Shown here piece after piece: positions 36,516 through 49,440 of a DNA stretch of 64,000 nt (its first letter is position 1; each line of letters opens with the position of its first letter). The DNA comes from Centroscyllium fabricii. Taxonomy: Eukaryota. The position numbers and the translations under genes were made by a program. Under the pieces are notes generated by a model. It ran no database searches, was not told the DNA's origin, and was given only the letters and a program-made list of their open reading frames with translations. The DNA lies in the NCBI GenBank assembly GCA_051313645.2, contig JBNRSN020000003.1, positions 10,726,001-10,790,000 of the forward strand, given 5' to 3'.

Positions 36516-36699
36516 CTGTACCCCATGCAACGATCTATTGCAAAGTTCTGTTGTGCTCACATTGGGCTCAGAGCAAGCGGAGACCACTCCAGTTGCACAA
36601 TAGATCAGCCCAACTGGTTTGAGAATTGTGAAGTACTGAATTTTCAACCCCAGTGTGCACAGATGGTCAACTGTACCATAACATCAGATGTCAATAATG

Positions 36700-37110
36700 G
36701 GTGTCAGTCGTGGCTCAGTTGGTAGCACTCTCATTTTTGAATCAGAAGATTGTCAGTTTAAGTCCCACTCCAGAGGCTTGAGCACATAAAGGCCAGTGCA
36801 GTACTGAAGGAGTGCGGCACTGTCAGGACGAGATGTTAAACTGAGGCCCCCGTCTGCTCGGTCAGGTGGGCATGAAATGCCCCATGGCACAATTTTGAAG
36901 TAGTGCAGGGGAGTTCTCCCCGGTGCCCTGGCCAATATTTACCCCTCAAACATGAATAAAAATCAGATTATCCGGTCCTCATCACATTGCTGTTTCTGGG
37001 AGTTTGCTGTGCGCAAATCGGCTGCCGTGTTTCCTACATTACAACAGCCACTACAGTTCAAAAAGTACTGTAAAGCGCTTTGGGCGTCTCGAGGTCATGA
37101 AAGGCACTAC
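36700..37110 (+). mobile_element. SacSINE1-like Deu-SINE
   Basis: tRNA-like head TGGCTCAGTTGGTAGCAC...GTTTAAGTCCC; Deu-domain-like GAGATGTTAAACTGAGGCCCC...CCCATGGCAC...CCCGGTG.CCTGGCCAA. Confidence 0.75.
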
Positions 37111-37122
37111 AAAAATAAAAAT

Positions 37123-39170
37123 ACGATCGCAAAGTACTGCGGATGCTGGAAATCCAAAAAAACGGAAAACGCTGGAGAAACTCAGCAGGCCCGGCAGCAT
37201 CGGTGGAGAGAGAAGCAGAGTCAACGTTTCAGGTCAATGACCTTTCTTTAGAACTGGAGAAACCGGGAGGGGGGGGGGGACAGATTTTAAAGCTTGTGGG
37301 GGCTGGGGAAAGGGGGAGGGGGGCTGAAAGAACAAAGGAAAGATCATCAACAGGCTAGAAGGCGGAGGAGATAAGAGACAGTGAGAGACATTAGGAGAAA
37401 TTGAAGGAACACAGGATGGCTCTGGATAGGTGTGAATGGCTCTGGCAGAGTAAAGAAAAAAGAAAAAAGCCCAGACGAAAGATTGGAAAATGTGGTAGGG
37501 GCCAAGATTATGATCTAAAATTGTTGAACTCTACTTTTAGTCCAGAGGGCTGCAGAGTGCCGAAGCGAAAGGTGAGGTGCTGTTCCTCGAGTTTACACTG
37601 AGCTTCCGTGGAACAATGCAACAGGCCACAGACAGTGAGGTCTGAATGGGAGTGGAGTGGAGAATTAAAGTGACAGGCCACCGGGAGCTCGGGGTCCCCC
37701 TTACGGGCTGAACGGAGATGTTCCGCAAAGCGGTCAACCAATCTACGGTTGGTCTCACCGATGTAGAGGAGACCACATCGTGAGCAGCAAATACAGTATA
37801 CTAGATTGCAGGAAGTACACGTAAATCACTGTTTCACCTGGAAGGGGTGTTTGGGGTCCTCGACAGTGGGAAGGGGGGAGGTGTAAGGGCAGGTGTTGCA
37901 TCTCCTGCGCTTGCACGGTAAGGTGCCGGGCGAAGGGGTGCTGGGGGTGGTAGAGGAGTGGACTAGGGTGTCGCGGAGGGAGCTGTTCCTACGGAATGCT
38001 GAAAGGGGAGGTGATACGAAAATGTGTTTGGAGGTGGGATCACGCTGGAGGTGGCGGAAAATGATACGTTGAATGTGGAGGCTGGTGGGGTGATAGGTGA
38101 GGACAAGGGTAACTCTATCGTGGTTCCGGGAGGGAGGGGCATCTGCTCAGACGATGTCACCTTCCAAATCAGTGCTTCCGACATGTCTTCCTTTTTCCTC
38201 AACCGACGATTCCCCTCTACTGTGGTCGACACGGCCCTCGGCCGTGTCTGTTCTATCTCCTGCACTTCTGCCCCTCCCTCCCGGAACCACAATAGAGCTC
38301 CACTTGTACTCAGCGTGATCCCACCACAAAATGCATCTTCCCATCACCTCCCCTGTCAGCATTCCGTAGGGACCGCTCCCTCCGCAACACCCTAGTCCAC
38401 TCCTCTACCACCCCTTCGCCCGGCACCTTACCGTGCAAGCGCAGGAGATGCAACACCTGCCCTTATACCTCCCCCCCACCCCCCCGCCTTCCCACTGTCC
38501 AGGGCCCCCAAACACCCCTTTCAGGTGAAACAGCGATTTACGTGTACTTCCTGCAATTTAGTATACTGTATTCGCTGCTCACGATGTGGTCTCCTCTACA
38601 TTGGGGAGGCCAAACGCAGATTTGACCGCTTTGCGGAACACCTCCATTCAGTCCGTAAGGGGGACCCCGAGCTCCTGGTGGCCTGTCACTTTAATTCTCC
38701 ACTCTACTCCACTTCTAACCTCACTGTCCGTGGCCTGTTGCATTGTTCCATGGAAGCCCAGCGTAAACTCGAGGAACAGCACCTCATCTTTTGCTTAGGC
38801 ACTCTACAGCCTTCTGGACGAAACATAGAGTTCAACAATTTTAGATCATAACCTCGGCCCCTACCACATATATATATATTTACTCTGCCAGAGCCGTTCA
38901 CACCTATCCAGAGCCATCCTGCGTTTCTTAAATTTTTCCGAATGTCTCTCACTGTCTCTTTTCTCCCCCACCTTCTAGCCTGTTGCTGATCTTTCCTTTG
39001 TTCTTTCAGCCGCGCCCCCCCCCCCCCTTTCCCCAGCCCCCACAAGCTTTAAAATCTACCCCCTCTCTCGGTTTCTCCAGTTTTGAAGAAAGGTCATCGA
39101 CCTTAAGCGTTAACTCTGTTTCTCCACCGATGCTGCTTGGCCTGCTGAGTTTCTCCATCATTTTCTGTTA
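37123..39170. mobile_element. Penelope-like family B element with long inverted duplication
   Basis: GIY-YIG peptide (LVYCIRCSRCGLLYIGE..RR..RFAEH...VACHFNS...G.N.EF) on plus strand 38525-38851 and on minus strand 37508-37830; pLTR at both ends; TACAAAAATA.AAAT duplicated at flanks. Confidence 0.88.
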
Positions 39171-39321
39171 TTACAAAAATACAAATCTTTCTTTCATTCT
39201 TATTCATAGCAAATCAGGTTGGAGAAATTTAATTTCAACTTTTTCTGGATGATTTGATAGCAGATCATGTCTGCCAGTGTCTGGGTCAGGGAGCTACCAA
39301 CCAACTGACTAGCACATTACA

Positions 39322-39716
39322 GCGGCAGAGTGGTTAGTACTGTTGCCTTACAGCACTGGAGACCCGGGTTCAAATCCAGCCTCGGGTGACTATGTGTGTG
39401 GATTTTGCACATTCTCCCCGTGTCTGCGTGGGTTTCCTCCGGGTGCTCTGGTTTCCTCCCACAGTCCAAAGATGTGCGGGTTAGGTTGATTGGCCATGAA
39501 TAATTGACCCTTAGTGTTAGGGGGATTGAATATGTGGGGTTACGGGGATAGGGTGGGTTATGTGTCGGTGCAGGCTTGATAGGGATCGAGGGATATGGGG
39601 AGAAGGCAGGGACAGGGTACTGGGTTTGGATGATCAGCCATGATCTCATTGAATGGCGGAGCAGGCTCGAAGGGCCGAATGGCCTACTCCTGCTCCTATC
39701 TTCTATGTTTCTATGT
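39322..39716 (+). mobile_element. HE1-type V-SINE
   Basis: Head, V-domain and CR1-type tail. Confidence 0.9.
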
Positions 39717-40460
39717 TACTCAGCAATTGGACTGCTTGGGAAAATGATTTAAAAAATCTTTTGGACGGCACTGGAAAGGCTGCATTTCTTAACCATGTCC
39801 TGAAAAGGTGCTTCGCAATTCTGTTTTATTTACAACTGAGTGGTCACTTCAGAGAACTTAGTTAAACATAGCGTGGGACAAATGTGTGCAGGCCAGAACA
39901 GCTTGAAGTGGCAGGCTAGTTACTCTGAAGGGCACTAGTCAGTCAGTTGGGTTTTCATGGCCAGCAGGCAGCTTTCTGGTGTAAGCCCACGAATGACCAG
40001 ATTTGCATTGGAAGGAATTGAACTCTCAACCTCGAGGTTTCCAATCCAGTACAGAAACTACTGCACCAGCACAAGCCAATAATCAGTGCGAAGGCGGCCA
40101 CTTGAAGTACGCTCATTGACATCATTAAGAGCAGCAGAGATGCAGGAACTGATCTGGGGAACACTGATTGCACTATCTAATTAGAACTATTATTGATAAG
40201 TGCCCTCTGTAGACAATTCATCAGCTAATTTACAATCTCCTTACTGATCCTCGAGCTTCACTTTAACACAAGTCCTCTCATGGGGGATTTTATCAAGCAT
40301 GTTCCAAAAGTCAAAAATATATCACCAAGTATATTGCTGCTCACAAACCTAGTTACTACAATAAGAACTACAATAAATATATAAGGCATGACCTCCCTTT
40401 CATCAACCCTTAGATCTATTGCCTTTTCTCTCAGATAATGTACCTGAGACAATATATTGC

Positions 40461-40669
40461 CAATTGTAAGAAGTCACACAACACCAGGTTATAGTCCAAC
40501 AGTTTTATTTGAAATCACAAGCTTTCGGAGCGCTGCTCCTTCCTGAGGAAGGAGCTGCGCTCCGAAAGCTTGTGATTTCAAATAAAACTGTTGGGACTAT
40601 AACCTGGTGTTGTGTGACTTCTTACAATTGTCCACCCCAGTCCAACACCGGCACCTCCGCATCATGGCT
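40461..40669. mobile_element. Minimal palindromic Penelope family A pLTR element
   Basis: 170-bp near-perfect palindrome 40461-40630 centred on the hammerhead core; 15-bp duplication ACAATATATTGCCAA at 40449-40463 and 40670-40684. Confidence 0.85.
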
Positions 40670-41439
40670 ACAATATATTGCCAAGACAGATGCTGAACTT
40701 TGATAAGTATAGGAGAACTACCTGGCAGTAGGACAAATATATACTCATAATAAAATGTTATTATTTGCAGTTGGTGCTTGGTTCAGTGTCGACACAGATG
40801 ACACTCAGGAGCTCTATTAGTGTCTCAGCTGCCATGCTCAGACTCCACGGTGCGCAAAGCCTGAGAGCAGGAAGCACCCAACAGACCAGTCCTGACAAAA
40901 GGTCGTCGACCTGAAACGTTGACTCTGTTCCTCTCTCCACCGATGCTGCCTGGCCTGCTGAGTTTTTCCAGCGTTTTTCTGTTGTTATTCCCAACAGCCA
41001 CAAGTGTCTGGAGTAGACGTGACTGCTATTAGTGGAATTAAAAAAATACTTGACTTCAAATTTATTTTGGGAAATACCACATAGAAGGGAGAAAACTTTT
41101 GAGCCTACCCTGGATTAATCCATTATAATGTGGCGGGTCCACATCCCACTGTAGATATCTGTATATAATACTCATGTATATAATTCTCCCCAACAGGTTC
41201 CTAACACCCTCCGGCAATTCAACCAGGGTGTTAGGCACAAATGCAATTGTAATGTATCCTTTACAGGTACAGGGTTCTGGGCGGGCTTTTGTGCTCAGTG
41301 TTGATTTGGAGTTTGGAAGTAAAAGACCTGTTGTGAACCTTTCCTCCGTGTGGGCTCCCTCATTTTGATAGGAAAACTCGCTCTCCTGCAATAAGTCTAT
41401 TCCCCCTAGGGTCCATTACAGTTTGTTTCTACCATTTCC

Positions 41440-41997
41440 TTGGAGTACTGTGTGCAGTTTTGGTCGCCTCATCTGAGGAAGGATGTTCTTGCCATTGAAG
41501 GAGTGCAGCGAAGATTCACCAGGCTGATACCCGGGATGGCAGGAATGACGTATGGGGAGAGATTGAGTCGATTGGGCTTATACTCACTGGAGTTCAGACG
41601 CTCGAGAGGGGATCTCATCGAAAGCTATAAAATTCTGTCAGGCCTGGACAGACTGGAGGCAGGAAGGATGTTCCCGATGGTCGGCGAGTCCAGAACCAGG
41701 GGCCATTGTCTAAGGATAAGGGGAAAGCCATTTAGGACTGAGATGAGGGGGAATTTCTTCACCCAGAGAGTGGTGAACCTGTGGAATTCTCTGCCACAGA
41801 GGGCGGTGGAGGCCGGTTCATTGAATATATTCAAGAAGGAGTTGGATATATTTCTTCAGGCTGAAGGGATCAAGGGATATGGGGGGAAGGCAGGGACAGG
41901 GTACTGAATCTGAAAGATCAGTCATGATCGCATTGAATGGCGGAGCAGGCTCGAAGGGCCGAATGGCCGACTCCTGCTCCTATCTTCCATGTTTTAT
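41440..41997 (+). mobile_element. CR1 LINE 3' fragment
   Basis: LEYCVQFWSP to GYGGKAGTGY plus tail. Confidence 0.92.
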
Positions 41998-42947
41998 ACG
42001 TGTGACAGTTTCGGATGAAAGAAACTGATCTAATGCAAACATGGACAACCTTATCTGCTGATGAAAGAACATAATTAATAACAGTAACAACTTGTGGCAC
42101 ACATCAAATGCTTCAGCTAGCTCTTTTTTTAAAGCAATTCCAATAAGAAATGGGTATGTAGAGGGGAGGAAAACTTTCCCAGACTTCAGAAGGTACGAGT
42201 TCATTTGCAATTTTCTTGTTGGCGCCATTAACTGGTCTAGTTAGCACTGCAAATACAGACCACACAGGAATTTTTCTCATGAAGTAAAGAAAGCGAAGAG
42301 AAGGAAAAAACGAGAAATGACAGAATGAAAAAGTTGCACTAGTATAGTGCCTCCTCCCATCTCAAAGCAAATGTAAGAAGTCACACAACACCAGCTTATA
42401 GTCCAACAGCTTTATTTGACATCACAAGCTTTCGGAGCGCTGCTCCTTCGTCAGGTGAAGTGGAGAGATGCATATAGGCACAGCGTATATAGTCAGAGAT
42501 GTGCCAAAATGCATCTCTTCACTTCACCTGATGAAGGAGGAGCGCTCCGAAAGCTTGTGATTTCAAATAAAACTGTTGGACGAAAACCTGGTGTTGTGTG
42601 ACTGCTTAGGGGCCCTTCACAATTGTCAACATTTTCACAAGTGTACACCCCCCGGCAGTGTACACCAAAAATGTTGATTTTTTCCAACATCATCCATTGA
42701 ATTTAATTAGCACAGGGAGGTTTAGAAAGGAACCAGAGTGACTGCAGACTCATCAGGGAGATCCTCGTTACTCAGAGTCACTGTCTGCGGTCATGGGCCG
42801 GGGGGCCGGCGGCCTTGTGTGTTGATGGAACTTCAGATCTGTAAAAATCAGCACAAGATGACAGTAAACACACTGACTGACCAGCCGCACAGCAATCCCC
42901 ATCCCCGGCCCTGGCCCCGGCTCCTCCGGGAGGACAAACCTCAACCA

Positions 42948-45800
42948 TAGATGATAGGAGCAGGAGTAGGCCATTCGGCCCTTCGAGCCTGCTCCGCCAT
43001 TCAATGAGATCATGGCTGATCCTTCAGTTCAGTATCCCGTCCCTGCCTTCTCTCCGTAACCTTTAACCCCTTTTGCCTGCAGAAATATATCTAATTCCCT
43101 CTTAAATATGTTTAATGAGCTGGCGTCCACTGCCCTCTGTGGCAGTGAGTTCCACAGGTTCACCACTCTCTGGGTGAAGAAATTCCTCCTCATCTCTGTC
43201 CTAAATGGTTTAGCCCTTATCCTTAAACTGTGTCCCCTAGTTCTATACTCTCCTGCCATCGGAAACATTCCTTCTGCATCTAGTCTGTCCAGGCCTGTCA
43301 GAATTTTATATGTTTCTATGAGATCCCCTCTCAATCTTCTAAACTCCAGTGTGTACATCCCCAAACTACATAGTCTCTCCTCATAGGTCATTCCTGCCAT
43401 TCCTGGTATCAGCCTGGTGAATCGCCGCTGCACTCCTTCCATGGCAAGAACATCCTTCCTCAGATGAGGCGACCAAAACTGCACACAGTACTCGAGGTGT
43501 GGTCTCACCAGTGCCCTGTACAGCTGTAGTAAGGTGTCCTTGTTCCTGTATTCTAACCCTTTTGATATGAAGGCCAGCATACCATTTGCCTTCCTGACCG
43601 CCTGTTGCACCTGCATGCTCGCCTTCAATGACTGGTGCACAAGAACACCCAGGTCTCGCTGTACTTCCCCATCTCCCAATCTATTGCCATTTAAATAATA
43701 ATTTGCCCTCCCGTTTTTGCCCCCAAGGTGGATAACTTCACACTTATCCACATTATAGTGCATTTGCCATGTATCTGCCCAGTCCCCCAATTTGTCCAAA
43801 TCGCTTTGGAGCTTCCTGATCCCCTCCTCTGAGCCTACCCCCCCTCCTAGTTTAGTGTCGTCTGCGAATTTGGAGATGCTGCATCCGATTCCCTGATCTA
43901 GGTCATTAATATAAATTGTGAACAGCTGGGGACCCAGAACAGATCCCTGAGGTACCCCACTTGTTACTGCCTGCCATTCAGAAAATGAGCCGTTTATTCC
44001 AACTCTCTGTTTTCTATCTGCCAGCCAGTTCTCTATCCACGTCAATACTTTTCCCCTTATCCCATGCGCCTTGATTTTACATGCTAATCTTTTATGTGGG
44101 ACCTTATCGAAGGCTTTTTGGAAGTCCAGGTACACCACATCTACTGGCTCTCCCCCATCTATTTTACCAGTTACTTCCTCAAAGAATTCCAACAGATTCG
44201 TCAAGCACGATTTACCTTTTGTAAATCCATGTTGACTCTGTCCTATCCTGTCCCCATTTGCCAAGTGCTCTGCTATTACATCCTTAATGATGGACTCCAA
44301 CATTTTGCCCACCACCGATGTAAGGCTTACAGGTCTGTAATTACCCGCTTTCTCCCTACCCCCCTTTTTAAATAGTGGGGTAACGTCAGCTACCCTCCAA
44401 TCCATGGGCACTGTTCCCGAGTCTATCGAATTCTGGAAAATTATCCTTAACGCCTCTGCTATCTCTAGGGCCACCTCCTTGAGTACCCTAGGATGCATGT
44501 TATCAGGCCCTGGGGATTTGTCAGCCTTTAGTCCCTTTAGCTTCCCCAACACCATATCCTTAGAGATATTGATTTTTGTCAGTTCCTCCCTTGCAATTGT
44601 CCCTATGGTTCCCGATATCTCAGGGAGGTTTTTTGTGTCTTCCTTTGTGAAGACAGACCCAAAATATGCATTTAATTGGTCTGCCATTTCCTTATTTCCC
44701 ATTATATATTCCCCAGAATCTGACCGTAATGGACCGACTTTGGATTTCACCAGTCTTTTCCTCTTAATATACTTGTAAAAGCTTTTGGAGTTAGTTTTTA
44801 TGTTTGCCGCCAGCTTACTTTCGTACGCTATTTTTCCCCTCCTGATTAATCCCTTTGCCCTCCTTTGTTGTATCCTAAACTGTTCCCAATCTTCAGGTCT
44901 GGTGCTTTTTTTTGGCTATTTTATATGCTCTTTCTTTGGATTTTATGCTGTCCCTAATTTCCCCTGTTATCCACGGTTGAGTCACCTTTTTAGATTTCTT
45001 TTTATGCCAGATTGGTATAAACAATTTCTGCAATTCTGCCATTCTGTCTTTAAATGCTTGCCATTGTTTATCCACCGCCAGTCCCCCCAGAAACGCTGCC
45101 CAATCAGACTTACTTAATTCCCGTCTCATGGCATCATAATTCCCCTTATTTAAATTCAGGACCTTAGTCTCTGAGTCAGTTTCTTCGCTCTCCATTGCGA
45201 GTGAGAATTCGATCATGTTATGATCGCTCTGACCCAAGGGTCCCCGTACAACAAGATTACTAATTAGTCCCTTCTCATTGCACAGTACCCAGTCCAAGAT
45301 AGCCTGATCCCGAGTTGCTTCCTCGACATATTGAACCGCGGCAGCAAGGCCCAAGGCGCAGCCCGACCGCATTTGGATGAGCACTTGAGATGTCATAGCA
45401 TACAAGGCTACGGACCAAGTGCTGGAAAATGGGATTAGAATAGAAAGGGCTTGATGGCCGGCGCGGACATGATGGGCCGAAGGGTCTCTTTCTGTGCTGT
45501 AAAGCTCTATGGGCGAGTTTCCCACCCAGAATGTTGATGCCCCTTCGGTTCAGGTGCAAGCCGTCCCGGTCATACAGATCCCACCTTCCCCAGAACGATC
45601 CCCAATTGTCCACGAAACTCATGCCCTCCCTTCTGCACCAATCCTGTAGCCACGCGTTTATTCTCATTCTTTTTTTGTTTTTCCACTCCCTATCCCGTGG
45701 CACTGGTAGGATCCCAGAAATCGTGGCATTATTCGTTTTGTCTCTCAGTTTCCTTCCTAGTTCCTTAAATTCCTGCCTTATGTCTTCCTCCTTTTTCCTC
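42948..45800 (-). mobile_element. Young CR1 LINE: uninterrupted 573-aa RT/C-terminal ORF2 segment (43029-44750), partial EN region and ORF1 esterase remnant
   Basis: [56 protein letters not shown]; ORF1 NAWL..WC...G..F...W...DGLHLN at 45510-45703. Confidence 0.95.
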
Positions 45801-46037
45801 CCTATATATTTTGGTGATAGTGAAAAAAATCGGAGATTTGAACGCGATCTCTCCAGCTCTCAGAGCTCTCGCAGCTCTCGACATCGCGTTCAAATTGCCG
45901 ATTTTTTTCACTATCACCAAAATATATAAAAACCTTCACATTTACAACCTGTAAGACCACAAACAAATATCTCCAAAGGAATTTTTTTTTAATTACCTTT
46001 AAACCTGTTTTTTTCACTTCTCAAACCGGCGGAATTT

Positions 46038-46685
46038 CAATCAAGTTCAATTTTATTTGTCATTGTACAGCGAACAAACACCATACAACGAAATGCTTAC
46101 TGCTACCCAACACACCGTGCAACAACAACAACAACCGCGCAACAATTAAGCTGCCCGGCGCGAACGAGCCCGCGAGACGTCAGCCATCCTTCGGCGCCAT
46201 CATCGTGGATCCCGTTCCTGCTCTGGCCACTCAACCATTGGTAAAATTGTCCTCTCTCGCCCAGTCAATTCGCTCTGCCACTGTTCCTTCCGTGGCCACT
46301 CTCAGCCCGACTCCCCGAATCCACGGAGCTCCGAACTCCGGGCACAGCGTCCTGAGGCCTGAAGCCTAGCCCTCTCCGAGTGCCCCATCCCAGCTCCCCT
46401 GAGCTCCGAACTCCAGCGCTCAACGCAGGCTCCCCGGAGCTCCAGCGTTCGACGCAGGCTCCCCGGAACGCCAAGCCAAGGCCGTCCCGACACCCCGGAG
46501 GTCCGAACTCTGGACCGAGGCCGAACTGATGCGGCGTCCTGGGGCTGAACTGTGCCCCGCATCTCACCGGCTCTCACCCGGCGCCGCCGACGTCAAATGG
46601 CGGTCGACCAGAACGGATTGACTCCACGAAGAGGAGTCGAGGTACAGCCGCCCGATGGCGGCCATCCTGCCAGAACCGGAACCGG
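46038..46685 (-). mobile_element. Probable non-autonomous Rex1/Babar-type retroelement
   Basis: Minus strand begins GGTTCTGGCAGGATGGCCGCC and ends TACAATGACAAATAAAATTGAACTTGA; GC-rich non-coding body. Confidence 0.45.
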
Positions 46686-48569
46686 AACCCAAATTTTTTT
46701 TATTTTTAAAATCGACATTTAAACGAAAAAAAAGCGTACGGACAAGTCGGACCCCCTCCCCCCCAGCGTACGGTTTGTACGCTCGTGAAAATGTTGATAA
46801 TTGTGAAGGGCCCCTTACATTTGTCCACCCCAGTCCAACACTGGCATCTCCACATCACATTGCAAAGCAGTTCACATACAAATTACCTTGAAGTACACTT
46901 ACTACTTAAATCAGATAATCTTGCAGCACAGGAGGTGGCCATTTGGCCCATCATGCCTGTGATTGCTCTTTGAAAGAGCAATCTAATTAGTTCCACACCT
47001 CTGCAATTTTTTCCCTTTTTAAGTATACATCCAATTCCCTTTTGAAAGCTACTATTGAATCTCCTTCCACCACCTCTTCAAGAAGTGCATTCCAGGTCAC
47101 AACTCAAGAAACCTCTCTCCCCTGGCTTTTTTGCCCATTACCTTAAATCTGTGTCCTCTGGTTACCGACCCACCCACCAGTGGAAACAGTTGCGCCTTAT
47201 TTACTTTGGTTAAACATTTTGCGCACAATGAGATGAACGACCAGTTAATCTGTTTTTGGAGGTGTTAATGAGGGAGGAATGTGGGACAGGACACTGGGAA
47301 AGCTCCCCATTCTTCTTTGAACAACAAGTACTTGACCACAAATAATGCAGCAATACTTTCCCCATTCAGTCCAGATAACATGTTCAAGTCTTGGAGTAAA
47401 GCTGTATTTAATAAAATTCAATGCTCGGTGTGATTCGTGTTTTATCTTTAAACTTGTTACGCATTACATTTTTGAACATTAACAGCTAGAAAGTACAATT
47501 AATATTCAAATAAATAGAATTTTATAGAACACGAGGTGGCCATTCAGCTGCACTCATACCCCATCCGTTTAGTTCAATTCCCTTTTTCTGCAGCTTTAAA
47601 AAAATCAAATGAATCCACTTCACTTTTAAATGCGATTACCGATTCTGCACCTAGTTTCTCATAGGAATTGAAAGTCCTTACAAGCCTCCGCACAAAAACG
47701 TTCTCCTAACCCTTCATTATTTGACGGTGATCTTAAATTTATGTCCAATAGTTAGTGACTCGGTGCTTCCTTATCGACAAAACCGTGGCCAAAGAAGAAA
47801 GTGGATACGCCAACTTTAATAGCAACACTGGACTCCAATAGCCAACCGCAAAGAACATTTATGGGGGAGATCACAGGCTATTAAACAAATGGTTTCAATA
47901 GCTTTTAATTGAGTTTCACTCTCAGTTTATGACACGAGATTAGTCATGTTGCAATCTAGGCTTTGTTCTCTATAAATTAGTCAAATAATGGGCTTCTAAC
48001 TCACACTTGTGAAAGCGATCTTCACAATGCACCAGTTTCTCTGAATTTTCTAGCTTTATTCTATTAAATCTCTAACCTGCTCATCAATCAGCCAATGAGG
48101 ACAAACTACACTAAGTGGCAACCTGCAGTTGAATTCTGGTAACAAATCTGCAGGGGCCTGATGAAATCCGTGGGTCATTTTTCCATGAGCAAATGCTTTT
48201 TGTCTAGTCTTCCCTCTTTTGACAAAGATGCACTTTAATAAAACCATTAAGCTTTCAATAGTAAAAAGACGAAGGGAACCTAAACGCAAATAGTAATTGA
48301 TAGCTTTATTTCTGTAGCCAAGATGTTGCATGCAGAAAACTTAGGGCAAATCCTGCTTCTTTTCTCTCTTTCCGCCTTCCTTTGTGTTCTTGGCCCTTCA
48401 GGCTGACTTCATGGTGTCAGATGTTACGAATATCACATCAATACTTTACTCCAGCTCGGTCTTCAAAATTACATGTCATTACACAGAGCACAGAAACAAG
48501 CTATTCAGCCAAACTGGTCTACGCTGGTGTTAATGCTCCATACGAAGCTCCTCCCATGGTACTGCATCT

Positions 48570-49440
48570 CAGAAACATAGAAGATAGGAGCAGGAGTAGG
48601 CCATTCAGCCCTTCGAGCCTGCTCCGCCATTCAATGAGATCATGGCTGATCTTTAGCAAGCTAGTACCCCGTCCCTACCTTTTCTCCGTAACCTTTAATC
48701 CCTTTAGCTTGAAGAAATATATCCAATTCCCTCTTGAATATGTTTAATGAACTGGCCTCCACCGCCCTCTGTGGCAAGGAATTCCACAGGCCCACCACTC
48801 TGAGTGAAGAAATTCTTCCTCATGTCTGTCCTAAATGGCTTACCCCTTATTCTTAGACCGTGGCCCCTGGTTCTGGACTCCCCCGCCATTGGAAACATTC
48901 TCTCTGAATCTAACCTGTCCAGACCTTTCAGAATTTTATACGTCTCAATGAGATCGCCTCTCAATCTTCTAAACTCCAACGAGTACAAGCCCAGACTACA
49001 TAATCTCTCCTCGTAGGTCATTCCTGCCATTCCAGGAATCAGCCTGGTGAAACGCCGCTGCACTCCTTCCATGGCAAGAACATCCTTCCTCAGGCGAGGC
49101 GACCAGAACTGTACACAATACTGAAGGTGTGGTCTCACCAGTGCCTTGTACAGCTGTAGTAAGGTATCCTTATTCCTATACTTGAACCCTCTTGATATGA
49201 AGGCCAACACACCATTTGCCTTCTTAACCGCCTGCTGCACCTGCGTGCTCGCCTTCAGCGACTGGTGCACAAGAACACCCAGGTCTCTTTGCACCTCCCC
49301 ATCTCCCAATCTATTGCCATTCAAATAATAATCTGCCCTCCTGTTTTTGCCCCCAAAGTGGATAACCTCACATTTATCCACATTATAGTGCATCTGCCAT
49401 CTATCTGCCCAGTCCCCCAACTTATCCAAATCGCCCTGTA
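48570..49440 (-). mobile_element. CR1 LINE 3' fragment
   Basis: WADRWQM, RDLGVLVH, RPHLQYCVQFWSP and tail. Confidence 0.92.

Larger units (their letters stand above)
42609..46814. mobile_element. 4.2-kb PIF/Harbinger-type TIR element with nested retroelements and no transposase seen
   Basis: TTA|GGGGCCCTTCACAATTGTCAACATTTTCAC...GTGAAAATGTTGATAATTGTGAAGGGCCCC|TTA. Confidence 0.85.
42372..46857. mobile_element. Penelope family A inverted pLTR pair (42372-42608 plus 46815-46857), interrupted by a Harbinger element
   Basis: Foldback 42375-42605 with a hammerhead motif on each strand; pLTR tail GTGTGACT.CTTA | CATTTGTCCACCCCAGTCC resumes after 46814. Confidence 0.82.

Noticed and set aside
43029-44750. 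573-aa RT ORF as a domesticated host gene
   Set aside because: Highly similar to other CR1 copies in the window, frameshifted upstream and ends in a CR1 tail; best explained as a young insertion
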